Shown: positions 37,560 through 50,627, counted from the first letter of the stretch. The stretch: DNA of 64,000 nt from Lama glama (GCA_028534125.1 CM052817.1:53136001-53200000); one strand, 5' to 3'. The notes: generated by a model from the letters alone, not told the origin. Made by a program: numbers and translations.

Positions 37560-38480
37560 AGATCAGTCTGTATCTGTATCTCTATTTTTCATTCTCTCTG
37601 GTTCCTAGGTGCTTTTTGTAACCAAGCCTTATGAAATATCTTCCTGCCTTCATTTCCTCACATCCTTCTTACTCCACAGTCTACTACACTTTGGCATCTG
37701 AAATGGATTTATCTATAGTTTACTAACGATCTCTTTATTAATAAATTCAATAGAATATCTTCAGTTTTCATTCTATTTATCTGTTCTGTATCATTTGACA
37801 TTATTGACATACTTCTCATTCAGATACTACTTTCCCTCATATGATATCAGATCTTTCTTTGTTATCTCTGCCAGATCTCCATTAACTAGCCTTTATATAA
37901 CTCCATTCTCTGTGGCCATTTGGAGAGACAATAAACAAGGAAAAGGGACAATGTCTAAGATTTTAATTTGAAAACACCCTAGCAAATAGCAGTCAGAACA
38001 AATGAAGGATTCACCAAAGGAAACTGAAGACTTGCAGTCAATAAAGTAGGGAAGAAAGAGGTAGTTATGCCACTTCAGAGACCATGTGAAGAAAGTATAG
38101 GAAGAGTGAGTGATCAACTCTCTTATTGCAGTTATCAAGGTCAAAATACTTCTAAGTTAATCGTTTTCACATTAAACAATTAAATAGGGGAACTGCTGAC
38201 TAAAATGGAATAAATTCAAGAGAATGGGAGGAGGAAAGGTAGAGATGGTACATAATACATTAGAGCAAAACAACTCCAGAGAACAGTGCAACTGAAGCCT
38301 TGGGAACCATGTGTAAAATGGAAAATTTTCTTCTGTTTTTCATAGTAGATAGTTTGTGAGCTCATGAAAATGACTCTCTGTGGAGGCAAAATTTAGGACT
38401 GGAGTGACATGAAGTCTTCAAATATGCTAAAAAAAAAAAAGAATGGAATGTCATAAACAGTGGATATACTTACCTAAAAT
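37560..38480. mobile_element. Diverged L2-like fragments
   Basis: Weak L2-like motifs, apparently in both orientations. Boundaries approximate. Confidence 0.4.
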
Positions 38481-41289
38481 AGTAACAAAAGTGTCAGATA
38501 CGTATAAATGCTTTTCATAAGAGACAGCCCTAACAGTTTCGAAGGCAACCCTCAAAAGTAAACCCTAAGGTTTTTACCACAGAGAACTCAAAAAAAACTC
38601 ATTATATAAAATTTACCATTAGTATTTCTTCAAGATGGAGATCACAGATATCAAACGACCTTTTAGTAGAAAAATAACCAAATTTTACTGGAGCTCCCCC
38701 TGTTGTTGCAAATCTGTGAAAGTAGAAAGTAAGGAACAAGGACTTTAAAACCACAATGAAAAGAGGAGAGTAGTCTGGAAGACACAGATAAAGCATGGAG
38801 AGGGTAGAGGAGATAGAGAAAGAAAGCCTATGGAAAAAAAGTCAACAGTAAATGCCAGAATACTAAACAGGCTCACAGCTTGGTTGGTCATTAACACCAG
38901 CTATAAGACTGAGAGTTGAAAACAAGGACTAGATAGAACAGAGTGGAAGTAAAATTGCTTCTGGGAGAGAATCCGATAAATACATAGGGAGGGGTGTTCT
39001 TGGGATATGGTCGCAAAGCACAAAAGGAAAAAAAGAGAAAATTAACAATCATGAAGAAATTACAATTTTAAAAAGACATGTTCTGATTGGTGGTGGTGAG
39101 AAAAGAGGATTATCGTAAGTTCACTACCTTGTCAGAAGAGGGCACTCCTGAGCTCACCATCTAGTACACAAAATGCTTGAACAGAACAAAACAAATTTCA
39201 TATAAAGCTGTAACAGAAGAAAATTAGAAATGCAAATCATAATAGCTGAAAAAAAAATTCAACCCCCAACTCCAAAAGAGGCAGACACACAAAGGAGAAG
39301 AAAGCTGGAATTCAATACTCCAGCCTGGTTTAAATAACCTAAGCAAACATTTGGCAATAAAACAAATTTATATAGTTATAATCTAGGTATAAATGCTGCT
39401 TTTACTCAGAGAGCTTTTAGCTGGTAGGACTTTTAATTCTGTATTATACATTCATGCTAACTGGAGTTTAATTTTAGGAATCCTGACAGGCCTAGCATAA
39501 GGCTCTGTCTTTTCAGAGTAGACTTGCATTTCCTTTAGATGGTCAGTTGAAGACCCCATAATTCTTCATTTCATGGGTGTGTCCTGACTACACAGCTAAT
39601 AGACAGTCAAATCCCATACCCATTTCCATAATATCTGTAGTCAAAATTCCTTGGTATAGCACTTTTTTTCTTTCTGACCTAGAAAAGATGTATAGATATT
39701 TTACATAGACCCCTATCCAGTTAAAGTCGATTTACAGTATTTTATGAAAATGCATGTGACAATTCTGTGTATGTATATGATAAAAAGAAAGTATTAAGTT
39801 TTTTTGCTACATGAAGCAATTTTAGTTGAAAAAAAGCAATGAGTAAAAAAAGTCACTTTACATACATTTTAATTGTTTAAGTGTTACATGGCCATTCTCT
39901 CTATGCTATACATTTCAGGTGTACTGGATCAGTATCAGATGTTTCGATTGTTTCATATAAACTGAGAAGAAAAATTACAACACTAGCGAAGCTAATAGAT
40001 ACAATATTCATGAAGCCCTGCTCCTTCTCAAGGATCAAGTGCTGCTTTTGTGTCATAATTTTACTAAGGTAGGTTTGTCACGAAAATGGTCAAATGATGC
40101 TCCCATTAAGATTTTATAGATGAAAATTACTTGTTCTCTTTGAACTAGAGTAATAGTTTGTGTGAGACTTGCTAGCATGTTTCAATAATATTTAAGATGA
40201 CAGTTTCACAAGAAACAAATTTTCTTGTTTTTTGAAAGCTTTTGATTCCAGGAAGAACAAATGTGTGAACCAGCTTTCTCTAGACCTTATCAATCTAGGG
40301 TACAAACAAGGTTACAATAATCTTAATGCACAAGTGAAGGCATATTAATAGAGTTCTGTCAGCACTAACAATGAAAAAAAGTAAGTCCTCTTGCTGCTGA
40401 GCTTATTTCTCTAAATAAGTGGTACACCCAGAAGGTCAAAACTGAGGAGATACAGTATTCTTGAAGCAAGTTGTTACTAGATTGAAGTGAATTGAAGATT
40501 TCACAGAAAATACCCTACAAACTTCAGTTAAAATTATAGGTGAAGCTTAGTGGATATGAGTCAGGACAGAGGTGACCAATCAAGATAGGCACCAGCAGAC
40601 ACGAGAAGAGAATCCTGGGTCTCCTTTTTATGTCAGATCCAAATATTTCACTTGGTGTAGGTATATGTGATTGCAAACACTTAGAACTATCTCTGGAATG
40701 ATGTATAAAAAACAGGTGTATGGTTGCTTCTAAGAGAAGGAGGTGGCTGGGAAACAGGATTTGAAAAGAATATCACATTTTACTTTGGGGATTTTTAAGG
40801 ATATTCATATATATTACCTATTAAAAAACAAACAGCTTTAAAATGAAATAAAGCAAAATATCTGATCCTTTGAAAATTAATGTAGAACAGGGTCTTCCCC
40901 ACTTTGCAAACAAGGTATCTTCTTAAAAGTCAAAACATTTACTATCTACCCAAATTGATAGATTTCTTTACTGTGTGTTCACTGACAGATTTTAAAAATT
41001 CTAAATCTACAATATCCTTTTCTATCAATATCCACATATATAATATGGATGTATTATTAATTTTTTTTTAAAAACACCACTCCTTCCTTTTCACTCCCAG
41101 GCCCTCCTAATAGATGATATAGCAATAGTAAAACAAATATTGCTGCTTAATTTTCACTTGATTCCACTTATGTAACCTCACACTAATTTTTATTTCATAA
41201 ACTTTAACATCCACATTTCATTTTGAGACAAAAATTAGAAACTTTAAAACATACAATTAAAACCCATATTATGAAAGATGATGCTAATG

Positions 41290-41535
41290 ATATTTCAATG
41301 TGGAACCTAAAAAATAACAAAAAAGAATATATATGCAAGCCAAAAACAGACTCAGATACAGAAAACAAACTTGTAACTACTAGGTATAAAGTAGATAAGG
41401 AACAAGGATATACTGTATAGCACAGGGAATTATAGCCATTATCTTGTAGTAACCTGTAATGGAGTATAAACAGCAAAAATACTGAACCAGTTTGCTGTAC
41501 ATCTGAACTAACATAAATCAAACCATACTTCAATA
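41290..41535 (+). mobile_element. 5'-truncated L1 3' end
   Basis: 'tactgtatagcacagggaattatagccattatcttgtag...catacttcaataa', the same 3' UTR class as 1-463. Confidence 0.85.
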
Positions 41536-41702
41536 AGAAATTATGCTAAATATTTTATTCCTTTTTAAATAATGTTTCTTTTTGCACAGCATTTAACCTT
41601 ATTACAGTTTAGTTGCCTTATCTGTTAAGTAGAATTGATGGATTTTATTACTCATTTTTTACTTATAATAGGCAATAAATCTAAATGTAAGCATAGACAT
41701 AC

Positions 41703-41849
41703 TTCTGTTTTTAGGCATCCCATTCCTGAATACAATGTGACTACTAAAGGATATGACATACTTGAGGAAAGGCCATCCCTCAACAGTGATATTACCCATC
41801 AAAGTCCTGGTAACCATAGAAATATAAGTGTAATTACCTTTCAATATAG
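41703..41849 (-). pseudogene. Candidate exon E of a decayed minus-strand gene
   Basis: 147 nt, phase 1 to 1, no stops; acceptor ttctggcttttAG; donor GAA|GTATGT; AILKGNYTYISMVTRTLMGNITVEGWPFLKYVISFSSHIVFRNGMPKNR. Confidence 0.4.
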
Positions 41850-41989
41850 CTAAAAGCCAGAAATATTCTGTTGTCATCATATGCAAACCTGGTATTAGAG
41901 GGAAAAATAAAATATAGCTAAAGGACTAAGACAGACATTTTCCAAGATATGTATGTATTGGGCATCAGCAAAAATTCAATTTGTCTCAA

Positions 41990-42660
41990 GTCTCACAGCA
42001 TATAAAAATATCTCCTTATAATGTACTTTCCCAAATAATGCAAATATCAGACAAACCCAAACTGAGAGATCTGGAAAAAAAGAAAAAACTGGCTTTCACT
42101 CTTAAAAATTTGCATGACAGAATTTTAAAAATGCAGGACAAAAATTCTATATTAAAAAAGACCAAAGTCACATATTGATTAAGTGAAATGCATGATCTGT
42201 GACAGGCTATTAGACCAGGAAAAAAAGTAGATGAAATAAAGCCATAGAAGACATTTAGGAATAATTGGGCAGTATTTAGTAAGGATTCAACATTAAATAA
42301 AAGTAACAGATAATGTTAAATTTCAAGTGGGTGACAATTATAATTATAGATTTAGAATACGGATTACTACTTTTATAAAGCATACAGATAAGACAATTCA
42401 ATTATAAGAGAATGTCTTTTCCTCTTATGAGATACATGGTGAAGTACTTAAGGTGAAGTATCATGATGCTTAGAAATTCATGTCTCAAATCAAGCACAAG
42501 AAAGTATGTGTGTGTCATGAGAGGTATACAATTAAGAAAGCATGATTAAAGGAGAGTGCCAAGTATAAATTTGGTAAAAGGAATACCTGTGTTCATTGCA
42601 CTATTCTTTCTACTATTCTGTGGGTTTGAAAATTTTCAAAACAAAAAGTTGAGGAAAAGA
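41990..42660 (+). mobile_element. Ancient L1 (L1MC/L1MD-like) 3' fragments
   Basis: Motifs 'cagacaaacccaaactgagaga' and 'gttcattgcactattctttctactattctgtgggtttgaaaattttcaaaacaaaaagtt'. Confidence 0.6.
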
Positions 42661-42929
42661 TTTCCCAAAGAAAGTATGTTACAATAGGATAAAATGAACT
42701 AGGGAAAAAATAGTCTGAGGGAAGAATCATGTGAAGATTTATGTTTTTGTGTATCTATATTTTTGCTTCTACTGATAGTTATATTCAGTAAATTTCTATG
42801 TCATTCTTTTTGAATGCACACAAGGTATCTAGAAAGTGGTACTGATGGTTGATCATTTCAAATAAAAAGTATTAAATAAGATTTGATAGCTTTATAATGT
42901 GTTAATTTGACAAGATGTGTTAATTTGTA

Positions 42930-43509
42930 CTAAGCATTCTAGATTTCTATTTTTTAAATATATTTCAGCTTTGGGTGGGCCACAAGGGAGATTTCTGTGA
43001 AATGTGAAAAATGGAAGGGAAGCAAGTTATTTGAGTGCATAAAGGTGGTTGCTGATATGTTTGGTGTGAAGCGCGAGCAGGCCTGCAACGTCTCTGTTGA
43101 CACCTGGATTCCATTTGAGCTTCTCTGGTTTGTAGGCCCAGTCAGTATGTGTTGGCTCCAGCTTCTGTGGGGTATCCTCCTCACCAAGGTTGGAAACAAG
43201 AGTGGACAAAGGTTTCAGCCTATTCTGGTGGGATTCAAGCACATGTATGTGGATTTCACCCTACTCATGACCTTCCCTTGTGGATTCCCCTTCCTAAGAG
43301 CTTTAAGCTACAGCATCAGATTAGACAACAGTCTTGCAAAGACAGGTGCACTAGTACCCATAGTTTGATAGGTCAGTTCCCTGTAAAAAGTCTCATAACA
43401 AATAAGAGGACAAATAGGAGAGAGATAGGTAGATGGATAGTCTTAGATATAGTTTTAGATGTATATCTCTTGTTAGTTCTGGCTCTATTGTTGAACCTTG
43501 ACTGATACA
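42930..43509 (+). mobile_element. Old ERVL-class solo LTR
   Basis: 'gggtgggccacaagggagatt' and the 3' end 'ttctggctctattgttgaaccttgactgataca' resemble ERVL-type LTRs. The 5' boundary is uncertain. Confidence 0.6.
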
Positions 43510-43556
43510 AAGCCATTTTAAAATAGTAAGACAATAATGTTGTTTATATCTTTAAC

Positions 43557-43982
43557 CTATGTTTTGAAAGTACATGTAACTTAATCTGAAACATATTTTG
43601 AAATGAAATGTAAGAGGAAAGATTGCAGTACAAAATATCTACAGCAAACCCCAAGCCAGTACAATTGGAGAGCCTAGAACTTTAAAATTACTTTTCAAGC
43701 CTGTCCGGCTATAAGTTAAATAGTATATGAGTGTATACCCATCACTTGCAATCATCTCAACACAAATTTTTCAGACATTGGCTTCTCTACTTCTTTGTAC
43801 AAAACTCAAAACAGCTTAAATAAAACAGTCAGAGGTGTTTCTTCTCATGTTAGCTTTGCTCTCTCTTTACTTGTATAACTTAAAAGCCTAGACTGTAGCT
43901 CGCTGCATAGGTTGGTTAGAGGGATATATGCCATTAGGGTTTAGAAGTATTTGATGAGATCTAAAATCTTTTCCGTGATCTT
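43557..43982 (-). pseudogene. Candidate exon D
   Basis: 426 nt, phase 1 to 1, no frameshift, 5 stops. Acceptor ctgactgctcttttattagctatttAG; weak donor AG|GTTAAA. Reads EDHGKDFRSHQILLNPNGIYP...VLGSPIVLAWGLL*IFCTAIFPLTFHF. Confidence 0.33.
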
Positions 43983-44043
43983 CTAAATAGCTAATAAAAG
44001 AGCAGTCAGATGAGGTTCAAATGAAATACCTTACCATGCTTAC

Positions 44044-44180
44044 CTCATAGTAAGTCAAAGATAATATTTTATGTGGACATTTTATATTTTAAGTATTTGG
44101 AGTAAAGGAAGATATTAAGACTTAGAAATAAGAGCAAAAGATAACATGCAAATATTATACATCCATAATAAATGACTCTC
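44044..44180 (-). pseudogene. Candidate exon C (TM-like segment)
   Basis: Acceptor ttacAG; donor GAG|GTAAGC; phase 2 to 1; RVIYYGCIIFACYLLLLFLSLNIFLYSKYLKYKMST*NIIFDLL*. Confidence 0.4.
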
Positions 44181-44366
44181 CTGTAATTTGAATACCAGAA
44201 TTTTAACCCTGCCATCACGTTCACAAACCTTTTGTCTGGTAGGTGTCAAGGCTAGTGGAAATCATTTTGCTCTATATATCTTCTCACATTTCTTTTTCAG
44301 CATTGACTCTAACTAATGCTGTGTAACTTCTAAAATGTGGAAGAAGAAGAAAAAGGAAGTACTCAC

Positions 44367-44439
44367 CTATTTTCAGAAAATGCTTGAGTAATTGGCTGAG
44401 GTAAATTATTTTAAAACTTTATTAGAGTACAGTATCAGT
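44367..44439 (-). pseudogene. Candidate exon B
   Basis: Acceptor ttactcttaccAG; donor AG|GTGAGT; 73 nt, one base over phase 2 to 2; LILYSNKVL/NNLPQPITQAFSEN. Confidence 0.35.
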
Positions 44440-44611
44440 CTGGTAAGAGTAATGCAACTTATACTTATTTTTACTTGACTAGATTTGTTGTTATATTTCA
44501 GGTTTTGTATTAACTTTATCCCTTTTGGAAGCTAAGCTAGGTTTAGTGATCTTAAGTTTTGATTCCTAATTCATAAGGGCCATCCTACTGCTTCCTACTT
44601 TATTAGATTAA

Positions 44612-44870
44612 TTATAAAATGAGAACTACAAAACACTGATTAAGGAAATTAATTACTTAAAGAAATGGAAAGATAACCCATGCTCTTGGATTGGAAGAAT
44701 CAATATTGTTAAAATAGTCATACTGCCCAAGGCATGCTACAGATTTTAATATAATCCCTATCAAATTACCCATGACTTTTTTTTACAAAACTAGAACAAG
44801 TAATCCTAAAATTTATATGGAATCACAAAAGACCCAGAATCACCAAAGCAATATTGAAGAACAAGAATAG
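44612..44870 (+). mobile_element. Internal L1 ORF2 fragment without poly-A
   Basis: Well-preserved post-RT ORF2 sequence ([19 protein letters not shown]), paralogous to ~16560-16810. Confidence 0.85.
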
Positions 44871-45730
44871 TTTCTTCTTCCCATCTTAATAAATGGCAAC
44901 TTTCCTCAACACAGCACAAAAACAATGGATGAAGGTATTCTTGACTCCTCTGTTTTCTTTTACATTTAATGTCCGTTCTTACAGCAATTCCACTTGATAT
45001 TCAATCTTGAAAAAAAATATTTACAATCCCACTAGTTTTTGTCAATTGGAAAAATACTACCTTAGTCCTAACCATCATCATTTCTTACCTCTCTACTACA
45101 ATTTATTCTCAATACACAATCAAGATTAATTAATTTAAAATTTAAGTTAAATCAGGCTCAAAACAATAGCTTTTCTTTTCACTCAGAGTAGAAATAAAAA
45201 TTTTTACTAGGGCATTTAAGATCTAGCTGGCTTGGTTCCCTCCTCTAGTTGTAATTACTCCCCTATTATCCCTGTTGCCCCGTAACTTGACATGACCACA
45301 AAGCCCTCCCTGAAATTCAAGAACAGGCTATTTCCATCTAACAGCCTTTGTAATTTTCTCTTAGCTGGGAATAATCTTCTTCCACATATATGTTTGCTTC
45401 CTCACTTAATCCAGTTTTCTGTTCAAATATCACTTTGGCATCCCTCCATACACAGCCTTGCAACCCCTCTTCCAAGATTCTTAATCCTGTTTCCTTTCTC
45501 TTCTACATAGCAATTATCTTGTTATGATCTCATATACTATATTTTTTTACATCTTTTTCATCTTTTTTTTGCCTACTAAAATATAGGCTTTCCAGAAAAG
45601 GAGAAAAATTCCATATGATATCACTCATATGTGGAGATGAATCTTCAGTTGTTTCAGTCACTACTGAATCCTCAGTGCCTTAAAAATGCCTGGAATATAT
45701 TTAATATTCTGTAAATATTTTTAAAATAAA
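44871..45730 (+). mobile_element. L2 3' region
   Basis: Motifs 'aaatggcaac', 'ttcttgactcctct', 'cactcagagtagaa' and end 'tcactactgaatcctcagtgccttaaaaatgcctgg...aaatattt'. Confidence 0.7.
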
Positions 45731-46094
45731 CTATTAAAATACTCCTGAGTACAAAATAAAGAGAGCACAATCTTTGGAAAGATTTCTGCTGTAGAAGTTA
45801 GAAATTTTGTGTTAGAATCCTTGCTCTGTCATCTGATATTAAATCCCTGTTTCCTTATCTGAAAAAAATGAAAAATTGATTGCTACTGTATGTTAACTAC
45901 ATATTTTTGATAATCAACTGATGAAATGAGCTAAAAATTGCAAATAATTTGAAAAAATATACATGTAAATGTAAGCTATTTTTTCTAAAAGACAGGCACA
46001 CATCACTTACTTTCCTTAGAAATTTGTTAGGAGAACATTGCTCATGCTTAAATTTCTTTCACCCTCCCAAGGAAAGAGGTTGGGTCACTAAATA

Positions 46095-47858
46095 AAAGAT
46101 GCGATCTAGAAATCAAAGGTCTAACTTTCCATTTTAGGAAACTAGAAAAAGAAGAGCAAATCAAATCCAAAGTAACAAAAGAAAGAAAAATATAGAAGCA
46201 CTCAATGACATTAAAAACAGAAAATTAACAGAGAAAAATCCACAAAATAAAAAGATGATTCTTTGAAAAGATCAGTCAAATCAACAAGCTGCTAGCAAGG
46301 CAAATTAATAAAAAAGAGGGAAGATACAAATTACTAATATCAGAAATGAAAGAGGGGACATCATTACAAATTTTATGAACATTAAAAGGACAATAAAGAA
46401 TTGTATAAACAACTCAGCACACAAATTTGATAAATTAGATAAAATGGACTTATTCCTTGAAGATAATAATCTCAAAATCCACATAAAAAGTAACAATCTG
46501 AAAAAGTCTATATCAATTAAATACACTGATCAGTAATTAATAACCTTACAAAACAGAAATCACCAGGCCCATGTGGACTTACTGGTGAATTCTATCAAAC
46601 CTTTGAGGAAGAAATTATAGCAATTCTGCATAATCTATCTCTTCCAGAAGGTAGAGTCAAGGAGAGTATTTTCTAACTTAAAGGGCACCATTTTCCTCAT
46701 AACAAAACCAAAAACATTATAAAAAAAAAACTACAGAACAATATCTCTCAGTTACATACATATAAAAATCCTCAAGAAAATATTAACAAAAGGATTCTAA
46801 CATATTTAAAAAGAATTACATACTGCAAGGAAGCAGGATTTATACCAGGTGTGCAAGGCTGGTTCAACATACAAAAATCAGTTAATATAATCCATCACAT
46901 CAACAGGCTAAAGAAGATGATCACATGATCATATCAGTAGATGCAAAAAACCATTTGACAAAATCCAAAGCCATTCATAATAAAAACTATAAACTAGAAA
47001 TAGAGGGGAACTTCCTCAATTTGGCAAAGAACATCTATAAAACTTACAGCTAATATCTTATTTAATGGTGAGACAGTAGTAACTTTTCCACTAAGATCAG
47101 GAGCAAGGGAAGGATGTCTCCTCTCACCACTCAACATTGTACTGGAAGTTCTAGCTAATACAATAACAGTAATAATAAGACCAAGAAATGTATATAAATT
47201 GGAAAGGAAGAAATAAAAATGTCTTTGTAGATGATATGACTGATATGACTGTCTACATAGCAAAACTGAAAGAATCAAAAAAAAAAATCCTAGAACTAAC
47301 AAGTGATTATAGTATGATCCTGATACAAGGTAATACATAAAAGTCAATCACTTTTCTAAAACAGCAATGAACAACCAGAATTTGAAATTAAAAACACATT
47401 ACCATTTATATTAGCACACATAAAATAAAATACTTAAGTATAAATCTAAGAAAATATTTATAAGCTCTATATGAATAAAACTATGATAATGATATCAAAG
47501 AATTAAATACATGGGGGATATTCCATGTCCATGGATAGGAAGGCTCAGTATTGACAAGATATAAGTTATTCTTTACTTGATTCATAGAATCAAAGCAATT
47601 CCAATCAATATCCCAGGAAGTTATTTTATAGATATCAACAAGCTGATTCTAAAATTCATACAGAAAGGCAAAAGACATAGAACTACCAGCACAGTGTTGA
47701 ATAGGAAGAACAATGTCAGAGGACTGACACTACATGATGTCAAGACTATCAATCTACTATGTGGTATTGATGAAAGTATAAAAAGATCAATGGAACAGAA
47801 TAGAGAGCCCCAAAATAGACCCACATAATTATAGTTAACTGATCTTTGACAAAAGAGC
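46095..47858 (+). mobile_element. Old L1 ORF2 (linker plus RT), degenerate
   Basis: Recognisable ORF2 motifs ('ggatttataccaggtgtgcaaggctggttcaacat'); ORF 47577-47828. Confidence 0.85.
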
Positions 47859-48125
47859 CCTAAAAATCCTCTGTGTCATCCATCCATTCTCTCTCCACCC
47901 AGGGTTTGGCAACCACTGATATTTTCACCGACTCCATTGATTTTTTTCTTTTCCAAAATGTCACACAGTTGGAATTATACAGTATGTAACCTTTTTAGAC
48001 TGGCTTCTTTCACTTAATAACATGCATTTAAGGTTCTTTCCTGTCTTTTCATGGCTTGATAGCTCATTTCATTTTAGCACTGAATGATATTTCTTTGTCT
48101 GAATGTTTATTTATTTATTCATCTT
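47859..48125 (-). mobile_element. Old L1 (L1MC-like) 3' fragment, opposite orientation
   Basis: 'ggcaaccactgat...gttggaattatacagtatgtaacc...ggcttctttcacttaataacatgcatttaaggttc'. Confidence 0.7.
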
Positions 48126-48169
48126 TTTACTTCCTATTGCTGTGCTTTGGCATAAAGAGTCATTAATTT

Positions 48170-48950
48170 ATTTATTCATGCATGCATTCAACAATCATAC
48201 TGAATTCCCATTTTATGTAAGACACAGAGGCAACTATATATATAATGAGTAAGCAGAAATGAATTTGCTTTTAATGATTGCAGAGTACTCCCAAGTGGTA
48301 TGACTTTGCTCAGAGGGTATTTAATTTATTGGGATGGGAGAAGAAAATATTAGATCTTTATTTGCATATATATTTTGATTATCTTTTAAAAGTATATTTT
48401 GTTTGTCTCAAGAGGTTAAAAAATTAGAATTCTGGTGCTTGTACAAATTATAAATATAAATGTAAATATGTACACATTCATAGATAGTGGATTCTTATTT
48501 TTTCCTCTATGTGATCAAACAAATTTGGTCTGATGTAATGAGACAGACCTCAAACGTACAGTACACATACTTACAAATTGTGACATGTTCTATGAATGCA
48601 CAGAACAGAATTACTCCTAGAGCAAAGTGCGAGGAGCGTGGAAAAAATATTCCCAGCAGATGAAACAACATGTGTAAAAGCTCTGAGGCAGGAACAGCTC
48701 TACATGTGGAAGGGACTGAGACACCTGGCGTAGCTGAAGCTCAGTGATCGAGGAAGAGGAAGGAACAGGAACGTCTGATGAGGCTGGTGAGCCGGGAAGA
48801 GGTCAGCTGACACACTGGCTCATAGGATAGGGTCGTGAATCTGAATTTACTGTTAAGTGCAAAAACGTGCTGGCAATTTTTTTTTTTTAAGCAAAGATGT
48901 TATCTGGTTTTATCTGTGTACAAATAATTCTGACTGCTCTTTATGTTATT
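48170..48950 (-). mobile_element. L2-like fragments
   Basis: 'attcatgcatgcattcaacaa' and 'tattcccagcagatgaaacaacatgtgtaaaagctctgaggcagg'. Confidence 0.55.
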
Positions 48951-50064
48951 TTTGAAGGGTAAGTGAAAAAGCCCCAGAGTCTGGCAGACATAATGAATTT
49001 TGTTCAAATCTCATTGTAAAAAATTTCCCTCAAAACATGATGTGCAATTAGATGTTATAAAACTGTGACATGGAAAAAAATTTCTGGATTTGCCCTTTAA
49101 GTTTTGCCATTTAAGGCCTTTCATGTAAGCTATGACTAATAGGTGACATTGATGACTAGTTCTTTGAACACATCTAAAGTAACTAAGTTGCCTGCAAACT
49201 TACACATTCAGAACTTAAATCTTTTTCCCCAGAAAAACAAAGCAGCAGTAGGAAAAGGAAAAGAAAGAGAAGAAAGGGGTTGGGGGAGGTGGGGGAAATA
49301 ACAAGCTACAATTGGTTAAATTTATATAAAATTTTGTGTAAGTATTTAAAGTTTGCTTCCATGTTTATTCTACTATAAACTGTCCCTGACATCAGACTTT
49401 ATTAGTCTGTTTATTAAATATTCTAAACATTAAGTTTATCTGACAAGTTGGCCTGTAGATGTGACGAACAACCTTCAGTTCGGCCTACACAAGAAAATTC
49501 CTTCTTGGACTTTAAGAATATCTTTCCCTTATTTAACTGACTTATTTCATTAAAGCTAGACATTGTGCCTGTAAACATTTTACCAAATGATCTGGATACG
49601 GCAAGATAAAATCATGGCATAGCTTTATTTTTCCTGTTATAGTGGTTATTCTATTTTTCAGTTTAATGCCATCTCTATGAATCCAAATAACATTTATTTT
49701 TATTTTATGGAATGAACAAATTCTCTTTTTTAGGCATAAAAAAACAGGATTTAGAAACAAGTTCTAATGTCATTAGGTTTAAATATTCACTGTTCTCAAC
49801 TAAAGCTTAGAAGCCTACATTAAAAAAGATTAATGTGATCTGTTTTCTCTTCCTTTTCTTTCTATTTTCTCTCCTATGCTCTGTAGTCAGAGACTTTAGG
49901 GCAAGAAGTAGAAATAAGGGAGATAAAAACTCTTAAAGTTTGAAGTTGCAGTTTAGAAGGTTAAGGCTTTAGAAGACTCTAAAATTATTTTCTCTTTTTA
50001 ACATACACACACACCCTCAGTCTCCTGCTTATTTTTAAAATAATAAACATGAAAGAAAGCTTAC

Positions 50065-50627
50065 CGCCTCAGTCTGCTCCATCTGGCATGCATTCTTTGG
50101 TTATATGTTTGATTTAATGCCTTAGCAGAGACCTCACTTCATATTATGTTTCTTATACTTTCCTGGAGTTTGAAGTTTACAGAAGAAAATACCTTTTCTA
50201 AACTGCTTTCATCCTCGGTCTTTGTATCCTGCTTTTGTTTGTAATTAGATTCAACATTTCTAAACTCCCAAATAGAAAAGATCAGTCTTGGCAGGTCTTT
50301 TTCAATTTGAAAGACTCAGCAAGCTTGATCCTTGATTGTTTTGCAGCTTTAATTATTTTGACTATGGCATGATATTAATCCTCTCATCCCTGAAGCACTC
50401 TTAAATTATCAGTGAGTAGACATAAAATTTTATCTTCATCAATCTTTGATTCTTTTCCTGACACAACTTCAAAGGTGTTAAGATATTTTGTTTCTCCTAT
50501 AAACATTCTGAATACAACATGAATCCAAAAAATATAGGGTCATCCACTTGCTAGCTTTGCTTTGGCATAAAATAACAATTCTCCTCTCAAAGATACTTAA
50601 TTGGTACATGAGTTTAGAAGAGAAGAA
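50065..50627 (-). pseudogene. Candidate exon A
   Basis: Strong acceptor tttttcctctgcattttccAG and donor GCG|GTAAGC. 563 nt, i.e. phase 2 to 2 with one missing base; 5 stops in ~187 codons; ends ...NQRMHARWSRLR. Confidence 0.42.

Noticed and set aside
42997..43505. Overlapping 123- and 118-aa ORFs
   Set aside because: They lie within an LTR-like repeat and show no recognisable domain.
46095..48125. Twin-priming L1 inversion
   Set aside because: The two pieces are convergent with no poly-A or TSD. Twin priming leaves a terminal poly-A and flanking TSDs, so separate insertions or later rearrangement are more likely.
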